Made by a program: the position numbers and the translations under genes. A stretch of DNA of 64,000 nucleotides. Source: a virus. The DNA is taken from positions 1 to 64,000 of the IMG/VR virus record IMGVR_UViG_3300046323_000360; one strand, 5' to 3'. Shown piece after piece: positions 18,910 to 26,751 of this stretch. Every line of letters starts with the position of its first letter. Positions within the stretch are counted from its first letter, which is position 1. Below the pieces are notes generated by a model. The model did not search any database. It saw only the letters and a program-made list of their open reading frames with translations, and was not told where the DNA came from.

Positions 18910-18951
18910 AAAAAAGTAGAGGGGCACCACAAATAGTGATGCCCCTCGTAC
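18910..18951 (-). terminator. Intrinsic terminator after ssb
   Basis: Minus strand GAGGGGCATCAC-TATTT-GTGGTGCCCCTC followed by TACTTTTTT. Confidence 0.8.
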
Positions 18952-18964
18952 TGTTTATTGTTAT

Positions 18965-19528
18965 TTAGAACGGCTCGTCAGAGCTAGTGATTGGAGCAGC
19001 AGGTGCTGGAGCCGGAGCTGGAGCAGGTGCTGGAGCCGGAGCTGCAGCTACAGGGGCTGGTGCTGGTGCTGGCATCTCGAAAGGAGTTGCAGGCTGAGCA
19101 GCAGCTACGGTAGGAGTAGCAGTTGCAACGCGGTGGTAGTTCTTGATTTCGTTGCTTACGTTACCGTTGTAGGTACGCTTGCCAAGAGTTCCACGGAAAG
19201 TACGACCGAGAAGAGCCTGCTCAATCTGAGCATTGGTTGGGTTCTGGTCAAAGTACTCGCGAGGGAGTCCAAGAGCAGTCATCTTCACAAGGAACATGGT
19301 GATTGCCTTAGGGTTCTCAGGAGATACCGTGAGGTTATCCCAGACGCGACGCTTAGCAAAAGGACCACCCTGAACTTCGGTAGTGATCTTAAACATGGTC
19401 TTGCCAGTCTGAGTGTTGGTAGCCTTAGATTCGATAACCTTTAGCTCGTAGTCGCCATCGGGCAATGGCTCGAAGTTGCTGGTATCGCCAGCATCCTTCA
19501 TAATATCTGCCCAGTTAAGTGAACTCAT
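18965..19528 (-). CDS. Single-stranded DNA-binding protein (DUF669-like)
   Basis: FEPLPDGDY start, PA-repeat linker and acidic DEPF C-terminus. Confidence 0.8.
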   Translation of the reverse strand: MSSLNWADIMKDAGDTSNFEPLPDGDYELKVIESKATNTQTGKTMFKITTEVQGGPFAKRRVWDNLTVSPENPKAITMFLVKMTALGLPREYFDQNPTNAQIEQALLGRTFRGTLGKRTYNGNVSNEIKNYHRVATATPTVAAAQPATPFEMPAPAPAPVAAAPAPAPAPAPAPAPAAPITSSDEPF

Positions 19529-19541
19529 AGTTCAGTATCTC

Positions 19542-20306
19542 CTAGTTTGTTTTCTTTGTGGTTTTTACAGTCTTCTCTCCGAAGACCATGTCTAGCATGC
19601 GTTCTACTCCTAGATCGCCCTGCTCTACAACTTTTCCAAGACGTCCTTGAACACGCTCTCCAGCTTCCCACTCAGGCGTGCGTTCAACGTACATACGCCG
19701 CACCTTGTATGGTGGCTGCATTGGATCAGGGTTTGGAACCTGCTCCACTGTGATTGCCCCAAGAACATCATAGAAGTATGGTGCCTGAATTGCAAGCTGA
19801 CCTTGTAGGTAAGGACGGTATACGCCATCCTGACCCTTACGTGCCATTGCAGTCAGAACAACAGCCTCTAGAGGCTGGGTCGGGTGCATCGTTAGGTCAC
19901 GAAGATCACGAAGTAGTGCACCCATGTGGCGAAGTAGTTCGCCCCACTGCTGCATCTTCATCTGCTCTGTACCAGCGATGTTGTCCATGCACTTGACTTG
20001 GAGCTCCGAGATGGAGTCAATAATCAAGCTCTTGAACTGGTGCTTGCCGCTCTGAAGCCACTGAAATGCCTTCATAACAACGTCATAATCGCGAACCTGG
20101 ACAACAACTGTGTCCCAGGTACCGTCCGCCTGAGGCGGCTCTTCACGAATTGGATCCCAGTACTTGACATTGATTGGGAGGAAACGGTGTCCACCCTCAA
20201 CATCGAGCATTAGGCGTGGGTAAGGAGCTGTGACGGCAAATGTAGACTTACCGACTTTAGATTCGCCATAAACCATCAATGTTAAACTGCGATCAACTTC
20301 AGACAT
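19542..20306 (-). CDS. AAA_24/Sak4-like recombinase ATPase
   Basis: YGESKVGKST Walker A, LDVEGG, IIDSISE; lies between the exonuclease and SSB genes. Confidence 0.85.
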   Translation of the reverse strand: MSEVDRSLTLMVYGESKVGKSTFAVTAPYPRLMLDVEGGHRFLPINVKYWDPIREEPPQADGTWDTVVVQVRDYDVVMKAFQWLQSGKHQFKSLIIDSISELQVKCMDNIAGTEQMKMQQWGELLRHMGALLRDLRDLTMHPTQPLEAVVLTAMARKGQDGVYRPYLQGQLAIQAPYFYDVLGAITVEQVPNPDPMQPPYKVRRMYVERTPEWEAGERVQGRLGKVVEQGDLGVERMLDMVFGEKTVKTTKKTN

Positions 20307-20308
20307 AC

Positions 20309-21253
20309 TTACTCATTTCCTTTCTTCTCTTCGGTGATTCCATAATATCCGTATGGGTCTTTTGACTCAAACGCATCGCTAATCGCTGCTTCAGCTGCCG
20401 AACCATCGTCAACTAGCGGGCAAATAGCGAAGAATTGGCACTTCCACTTGCAGTCACGAGAAGGCTTAGGGTAGGTGAGCTTGTAGTGGCTCTCACCTGC
20501 ATCTAATCCTTCGCGTACCCGCATAATGTCTTCCAGTACACCCTCTAGGCGCTGGTAGAACGAGCGTAGTGCAAACTTATTGTGACGGACCTCAATCTGT
20601 CCGTAGAAAGGTGGCTTAGCATATGCTCCACGCTTAACCTTACGGAGCATTGTAAAGATACCACCCTCTGAACGTTCTCCCTCTTTGTTCTGAGCTTCCT
20701 CAAGAACCATATAGGTAAGAACCTGTTCATTCATATGAGCAGTGGAGCCAAAGTCGGCAAACGAGCCACCAACAGTTTTGAAGTCACGGAACATACGAAC
20801 GCCATCAATCTTACGACGAACACGCATGTCAATTTTACCCTGTAGGGTAACTTTTCCATCGAGCATTGGACGCTCAATAATTTCTTCAGTAGAGATCATA
20901 TCAATCTCAGCATCGATACCTTCAAGCTCAACCCACTCTAAGTAACCCTCAAGCATGACACGCCCGAGTTCTGCCTCAGTCTCAAGGTCAGTGGTGTCAC
21001 GGTATTGGTCATTGAGAGTCTTCATATCCGCAGCTACCAGCTGAGAATGAATCTCTAGCAGGTCACGATCCATGTTAGAGGTGTAGTACTGATCTAGAGC
21101 CTCGTGAATACGTGAACCAAGTGCCAAAGCTCCGGTGTAGTTCTGAACCTTTGGCTGTAGACGACGGTAGTAAGTGAACCACCAACGGCGACGGCAATCT
21201 TTAAATGTTTGAATCTCTGAGTTAGAGATCCTAATCGGTGTCTTTTCTGTCAT
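20309..21253 (-). CDS. Cas4-like PD-(D/E)XK exonuclease
   Basis: ISNSEIQTFKDCRRRW, GSRIH, GKID...DFKT, Q..Y, C-terminal C..KC.F..IC. Confidence 0.85.
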   Translation of the reverse strand: MTEKTPIRISNSEIQTFKDCRRRWWFTYYRRLQPKVQNYTGALALGSRIHEALDQYYTSNMDRDLLEIHSQLVAADMKTLNDQYRDTTDLETEAELGRVMLEGYLEWVELEGIDAEIDMISTEEIIERPMLDGKVTLQGKIDMRVRRKIDGVRMFRDFKTVGGSFADFGSTAHMNEQVLTYMVLEEAQNKEGERSEGGIFTMLRKVKRGAYAKPPFYGQIEVRHNKFALRSFYQRLEGVLEDIMRVREGLDAGESHYKLTYPKPSRDCKWKCQFFAICPLVDDGSAAEAAISDAFESKDPYGYYGITEEKKGNE

Positions 21254-23049
21254 TATGCTTTTACCTTATCATCTTTTAGCATTTCTAGCAACTTAGCTTT
21301 GTCACGAACAATCTGCTCAAAGTTATCTGCCTTGGTATCTAGAGCTTGAATAACACGCTCTTCGATAGTCCCCTCGGTCACGTAGTCAGTAATAATAACC
21401 GAGTCGTGAATTTCGGAACCGATACGGTGCACACGGTCAAGAGCCTGCTTGTAGTCAACTAAAGACCATGGCCTTTGAAGCATAACAAGACGACGAGCCG
21501 TTGTCAAGGTGACACCGACACCGCCAGCCTGAGCAGTGAAAAGAATCCACTTAGTTTTACCAGACTGGAAATCATCAATTGCTTGTTGACGCTGGTCCCC
21601 ATCCTGAGCACCGGTAATTAGACCATGAGGAATATCCTCCTTAGTCAAGCGAGCACTCAGCAACTCGATTAGCTGGCGAGATACTGCACATACCGCTACA
21701 GAGTCATCTCCAAAGTCGCCACTCTTAATATCATCCATCAGAGCATCAACCTTACAGGATGGGTCCGACAAAAGAATCTTTTCTGCACCAGAATCATCTA
21801 CAGAAATTTCAGAATAAGAGCTTGCAAACTGAAGTAGACGCAACGTCTGAGTAAGCGGGTTAGGTGCAACTACAGCTTCTCCGCCTTCAATCTCAGCAAT
21901 CATGTGCTCGCGCATCTGCTTATAAGCTTTAGCTTGTTTTGCACCCATCTCGACATCACGACGGTCTGTAATTACTTCAGGAAGCCAAGGAAGAACCCTC
22001 TGCTTCAACATACGACGCATACGCGGATTAATTGCAGCGTAGAACTCCTCAGACATATGAGGCTTAACACCAATAACCATCATTCCACCAAAGGCGTTAA
22101 TCATGGTATCAACCATGCGATCAATCCACTTAGTCTTACTAGGCCATTCTTCTGGAGAAATCCAGTGCAAAATTGCCCAGAGGTCAAGAACGTTATTAGC
22201 AATAGGAGTACCAGTCATCGCAAAACGAATGTCAGCATCTCCGGTAGCAGCCCAAAGTGCACGGCTCTGTTTAGACTTAGGATCTTTCGAGCGGTGCATC
22301 TCGTCGGCTACAACAGCTTTAAAATCAATAGCATTTAGCTCACGAGGGTGTACTTCACAGCGAGCTGGAGTTACGCCACTGTCATGACCGCCACAAGAAA
22401 TACAACGAGCCAGTGCAATCGAACCATAAGAAGAAAGGCGAGAGTGGCTACGTAGAGATTCCCAGTTAATAATGTAGATATTAGCCTCGTGCTCAAACTG
22501 AGCTTTACGCTGAGCAGAAGAACCCTTAATAACCTGAACATCAACTCCAGGCCACCACTTTTCAAACTCACGCTTCCAGTTATTTTTTAGTGTATTAGGG
22601 CAAACAATGAGAGCTGGAAATACATCTTCACCAGTATCATGCAGACGCTTTAGCGAGCGAATTGCCTGAGCAGTCTTACCTAGTCCAGGCTCATCGGCTA
22701 GTAGCGCACGACGAGCAGTAGCTAGGAAATCAACACCAGCACGCTGGTGAGGAAATAAATCTTCATCCCCGGCATCAGATACCTCCAGCTCACGTAGAGC
22801 ATTGGACGGGTCTACACGCTTAGTTTTTTCTTGAGCAGCCCAAGCTTTCAGCTTTGGTCCAAGTTCTAGCTCAGTTTTAAAAGTCGAGCGGAGAGCTAGA
22901 CAACCAGCCCATGAAGTTGGGATACGCCAAATCTGCTCTTTAGCAGACCACGAGGCTCCAGGAATACTCTTACAGAGTTCTTTTAGACGCCACTCAGCAA
23001 GAATCACGATGTGCTTCCCAGAGTCGTCTAGTTCTACATTTACAGGCAC
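21253..23049 (-). CDS. SNF2-family (SF2) DNA helicase
   Basis: ADEPGLGKT, DEMH, MTGTP, GVGVTLT and QALDRVHRIG motifs. Confidence 0.92.
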   Translation of the reverse strand: MPVNVELDDSGKHIVILAEWRLKELCKSIPGASWSAKEQIWRIPTSWAGCLALRSTFKTELELGPKLKAWAAQEKTKRVDPSNALRELEVSDAGDEDLFPHQRAGVDFLATARRALLADEPGLGKTAQAIRSLKRLHDTGEDVFPALIVCPNTLKNNWKREFEKWWPGVDVQVIKGSSAQRKAQFEHEANIYIINWESLRSHSRLSSYGSIALARCISCGGHDSGVTPARCEVHPRELNAIDFKAVVADEMHRSKDPKSKQSRALWAATGDADIRFAMTGTPIANNVLDLWAILHWISPEEWPSKTKWIDRMVDTMINAFGGMMVIGVKPHMSEEFYAAINPRMRRMLKQRVLPWLPEVITDRRDVEMGAKQAKAYKQMREHMIAEIEGGEAVVAPNPLTQTLRLLQFASSYSEISVDDSGAEKILLSDPSCKVDALMDDIKSGDFGDDSVAVCAVSRQLIELLSARLTKEDIPHGLITGAQDGDQRQQAIDDFQSGKTKWILFTAQAGGVGVTLTTARRLVMLQRPWSLVDYKQALDRVHRIGSEIHDSVIITDYVTEGTIEERVIQALDTKADNFEQIVRDKAKLLEMLKDDKVKA

Positions 23050-23128
23050 GGTTTTACCTCTTATCTTTACCTATATACATATTAGCATAAAAAAAGTACG
23101 AGAGATACGTTTTTTGCTAATATCTTTT

Positions 23129-23593
23129 TTAATTCAACAAACTAAGTGGTTTCCATCCACTTTTAACTAACCTTAGCAGACCATGACGAATCGCGTCAAG
23201 TGCATGTCCTTCGCCACCACGGTGCCAGTATTCAAGCTTCTTCAGCTTTTCATTGGTAAACATAGCTTTAGCATCTGCTGGTGATTGAAAATAGATATCA
23301 TCAGCTGGACGACCAGCATCCATTAGGCATTGCTTGAGGATCCCGATCTGCTCTAGGGAGAACGGAGCCTGAGAATTCTTTACGGTCTGAGCATTGATAG
23401 TAAACCGCTCGCATACAATATCTAACTCGGAACCAAGTAAGCCCAGCTCCAGTAGAGTCCTACGAATAGGGGCAGCATACTCATGCTGTTGAACCTCTAT
23501 AGACCAGAGTAGAACAGGGTCTTTTCCAGATTCCATACTGAATAGTGCCATTCCAGTTGCTTTTCCTGGATCTACTGATAATACGTAACGCAT
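23129..23593 (-). CDS. RuvC-like/RNase H-fold nuclease (Holliday junction resolvase)
   Basis: VLSVDPGKATG, IVCE and HALDAIRH motifs. Confidence 0.75.
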   Translation of the reverse strand: MRYVLSVDPGKATGMALFSMESGKDPVLLWSIEVQQHEYAAPIRRTLLELGLLGSELDIVCERFTINAQTVKNSQAPFSLEQIGILKQCLMDAGRPADDIYFQSPADAKAMFTNEKLKKLEYWHRGGEGHALDAIRHGLLRLVKSGWKPLSLLN

Positions 23594-25413
23594 TAGTACT
23601 TTTCTCCCCAGTTTTCAAGCGGGCCATCTGAATCAGCAGTAAGAGGTACTGCCCAACCATCACGAGTGGTCATACACTCACGAACAATTTTCTGAATCTC
23701 TTTTGCGTCCTTGCGAGGCGCATTGAGAACAATTTCATCGTGTACAGGAACAATAAGAAGCTCAGTGAGGTCAGCTTGGTCTAGCTTGACTAGATTTGAC
23801 TTGAATACCTCGGCTGCACCACCTTGAATTAGATAGTTAGTAAGTGTATATACGCGGTCAGAGTCGCAAGGTAGGCGACGTCCAGTCCATGTGTTCACAT
23901 AACCCTGACCCTCATTACGAAGACGACGCATGCCAATATCTTCAACCTTTTTTTGAAAGAAAGCCATGCCAGGGTAGTTACGGTCAAAAGCATCAGAAAC
24001 AGCACGCATCTGCTCCTCTGGTACGCCTGCAGTTAGTGCCTGTTTAGCCACTCCAGCCCCGTAGAGACGTCCGTAGACCACTCCCTTGATAAGTCCTCGG
24101 CGCTTGTCTGACTTGACCATATGTGGGTCATTATAGACTTCTCGACCAATCTCAGTGAAAGGGTCAGAGCCAGTGGCATCTGCATTGTTGAACAAGTTGA
24201 TGAGGTTCTCATCGCGCGACAGAGAGGCAAACATACGAAACTCAACCTGGTCAAGGTCTGAGGTAATAATTACGTGGTCGTCATCCTTTGGCAAGAATGC
24301 ACGACGAACAGTATCATCACCCTTTGGAAGAGTCTGTAATGCCGGGTTCTGAATAGACATACGTCCAGTACGAGCACCTAGAGTCTTCACCGATGGGTGA
24401 ACAAATCCGTCAACATTGTCGTTGATGAAGTTTAAGAAGTAAGTATTAGCAATCTTGTCAGCCTTACGTTGCTTAAGTAGGGTGTCTGCTAGTTGCTTTA
24501 CAGGCTCTGTACCATGAATAGTGAACCACTTGAGCTGATCTTTAGATAGTGACTTCTGCCCAGACGGAGTAGTCTCGGTAATATAGGCACCGAGCTGTTG
24601 CTCAAAAACCTTAACCATTTGCACGTTACTTGTTGCAGACGCATTGTATGTATTGTAGACCCAGAGCTTCACTTGCTCGGTATAGTTCATAAGCTCTTCA
24701 TACTTTTTCTTGGAGTAGTCCAAATCAAGACGAGCGCCATTTAGTTCCATACGAGTTACGATACGGCGAGTATTCATCTCCAGTTCGTAAGCCTGAGAAT
24801 ACGGACGCCCAGGAGCACACTTCTCCCAGAACTGCTCGAATAGACGCATTGTCAGAATTGTATCTAGAGCTCCATAAGACCAGTACGGGGCAAAGTTAGT
24901 AGGCACAGTTCCCCAGGTCCAGCCATTTTTATGCAAGCCGTCATCTAGGTTTGCCTGTAGAGCCGCAGCCTTTGGGTCAACATAGTCTGCAGTCAACTTT
25001 TTAAGGGCACCAGAGCCAAGAGGGTCAATAAGGTGAGCCATAATCATAGTGTCGTGAGAACGGTGCCAAGGCATTTTCCAGCGTGATTGGATATCAAACC
25101 AGCGGGCTTCAAAAGCAATATTGTGGCAGACAATTGGACCCTCAAACTTATCCATTGACTCGTAGAAGACACCCTTCCACTCATCCCAAGGAATAGACCA
25201 GCCAGTCATACCATCGCCAACCTGAACTAGACGTAGACGTCCGTGCCAAGGTGAGAGCGCGTGGTCGCGCGGATTTCCTGGAAGTTCTCCAGTTTCAGTA
25301 TCAATTGCAATTGCCTCTAGTGGGCGGCGCTCGCCGAGCCAGCGCATAAACTTCTGAGCCTGATCAACACTGTCAATCAGTTCTAGTTGTACTCCGTCTA
25401 ATCCAGCCATCAT
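23593..25413 (-). CDS. polA: DNA polymerase I (family A) with 3'-5' exonuclease
   Basis: Exo motifs IDTET, HNIAFE and YGALD; TGRMS; motif A DLDQVEFR; motif B KGVVYGRLYG; motif C VHDE. Confidence 0.95.
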   Translation of the reverse strand: MMAGLDGVQLELIDSVDQAQKFMRWLGERRPLEAIAIDTETGELPGNPRDHALSPWHGRLRLVQVGDGMTGWSIPWDEWKGVFYESMDKFEGPIVCHNIAFEARWFDIQSRWKMPWHRSHDTMIMAHLIDPLGSGALKKLTADYVDPKAAALQANLDDGLHKNGWTWGTVPTNFAPYWSYGALDTILTMRLFEQFWEKCAPGRPYSQAYELEMNTRRIVTRMELNGARLDLDYSKKKYEELMNYTEQVKLWVYNTYNASATSNVQMVKVFEQQLGAYITETTPSGQKSLSKDQLKWFTIHGTEPVKQLADTLLKQRKADKIANTYFLNFINDNVDGFVHPSVKTLGARTGRMSIQNPALQTLPKGDDTVRRAFLPKDDDHVIITSDLDQVEFRMFASLSRDENLINLFNNADATGSDPFTEIGREVYNDPHMVKSDKRRGLIKGVVYGRLYGAGVAKQALTAGVPEEQMRAVSDAFDRNYPGMAFFQKKVEDIGMRRLRNEGQGYVNTWTGRRLPCDSDRVYTLTNYLIQGGAAEVFKSNLVKLDQADLTELLIVPVHDEIVLNAPRKDAKEIQKIVRECMTTRDGWAVPLTADSDGPLENWGEKY

Positions 25414-25876
25414 TGTCCTTAATCGTCTCTATAGATATACCACACTTTTCGAGATAATCCAAGACTACCTCGGGATTTCGATGGGCGTCGGAATCCTTTA
25501 CTACTGCAACAACGCGGGAAAGACCCGAATTGGAAATTAGCTTAGCACACTGCATGCATGGAGCGCCAGTCACATATATAGTTCCGCCCTCAACAGCGGA
25601 ACGGTCTACGTATAGGAGTGCGTTTGCCTCAGCATGAATTGATGGGCAACCCTCGTAAGAAGAGCTCAAGTCAGTTTTCCCCTGAGCACGCTCGCACCAG
25701 TTGGTGCAAAGACCTTCAGTTGGGTAGTTAGCTGCAGCACCATTATATCCTGTAGCAGAAATACGTTGGTTCTTATCTACAATTACTGCACCAATTCGAG
25801 CACGAGAACAGCGAGATCTAGACGCCACTACTGTTGCAACTTGCATCCAGATGGAGTCCCAAGAAGGGATATTCAT
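25373..25876 (-). CDS. dCMP deaminase (ComEB-like)
   Basis: TGYNG, HAEANAL and PCMQC zinc-binding motifs. Confidence 0.92.
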   Translation of the reverse strand: MNIPSWDSIWMQVATVVASRSRCSRARIGAVIVDKNQRISATGYNGAAANYPTEGLCTNWCERAQGKTDLSSSYEGCPSIHAEANALLYVDRSAVEGGTIYVTGAPCMQCAKLISNSGLSRVVAVVKDSDAHRNPEVVLDYLEKCGISIETIKDNDGWIRRSTTRTD

Positions 25877-26346
25877 TATGGAATAATCTCAATCTTGTAT
25901 ACCGAGGCAATTTCATCATCTAGTTCCGAGGATTTTTCTAATAACCGCTGAGCAACGTTAGTGAGGTAGCGAGCTCCGCCCTCATCATATTTATATAAGG
26001 CATCTAAAACAGCTGTAGCTTCTTCTGAGACCTGAGCCCAATAGCGGTATTTCTCTGGGAAAACTAGCTCAGCTGATTCATCTGGAGAGCACTGTTCGCA
26101 AGGAATAGCAGCAATAGTTAAGTTACTGTAATCAACTTCTTGAAGTCCATATCTACGAACTAAAGGACATGCTGCACCGTGAAATACTAGTGATACTCCA
26201 ACCCTAGAAAGAATAAAAGATCCGCTATCAGTCTTATATAGCTCGAACTCGATCCAGCGTGTAGAGCCCTTTCTCCATGATGTAGATTTACCAAGTAATC
26301 TTCCATTAAATTGGAGTGTTCTAGCTCCGTCTTTTACTTCAAACAT
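25876..26346 (-). CDS. Hypothetical protein
   Basis: 156 aa, GGAG SD, H..C and CEQC possible metal site; coupled to the dCMP deaminase gene. Confidence 0.7.
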   Translation of the reverse strand: MFEVKDGARTLQFNGRLLGKSTSWRKGSTRWIEFELYKTDSGSFILSRVGVSLVFHGAACPLVRRYGLQEVDYSNLTIAAIPCEQCSPDESAELVFPEKYRYWAQVSEEATAVLDALYKYDEGGARYLTNVAQRLLEKSSELDDEIASVYKIEIIP

Positions 26347-26398
26347 GTCATTCTCCAGTATGCGTATTAGATATTAGTCTAACATATTCAGGTATCAG

Positions 26399-26737
26399 CT
26401 ACCCTAGTAGTGTCATCCCGGATGCAAGAGCTTTGTGCATCTCCATGCCAAGTGTTATTGCTCTAGAAGGTCCAGATATGTTGTAATTAGGATTACCTGA
26501 GTAATTAAATAATGTAGATACCTGATCAACAAATATTTGCTTAGCAGTATCAAAAAATTCTACTAAAAAGTCAGGTCCAGCGTTTTGTTTTGCATCATCT
26601 ATGTCAGTATCTACCTTAACTACCAGCTGATTTGAGTCATCATATAGAGTCTTAGTTATTTTAATACCATATGGATAGTAGTCACCATTTGCATCAGCAA
26701 CCATATTTGCCACTTCTACGTTATAATCCCAGCGCAT
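26399..26737 (-). CDS. Hypothetical protein downstream of the tail fibre
   Basis: 112 aa with an AAGGA SD. Confidence 0.6.
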   Translation of the reverse strand: MRWDYNVEVANMVADANGDYYPYGIKITKTLYDDSNQLVVKVDTDIDDAKQNAGPDFLVEFFDTAKQIFVDQVSTLFNYSGNPNYNISGPSRAITLGMEMHKALASGMTLLG

Positions 26738-26751
26738 GCGTTTTCCTTATT

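Noticed and set aside
20309-21253. Cas4-like gene as part of a CRISPR-Cas system
   Set aside because: No array or other cas genes; the context is the standard phage exonuclease-Sak4-SSB recombination module.
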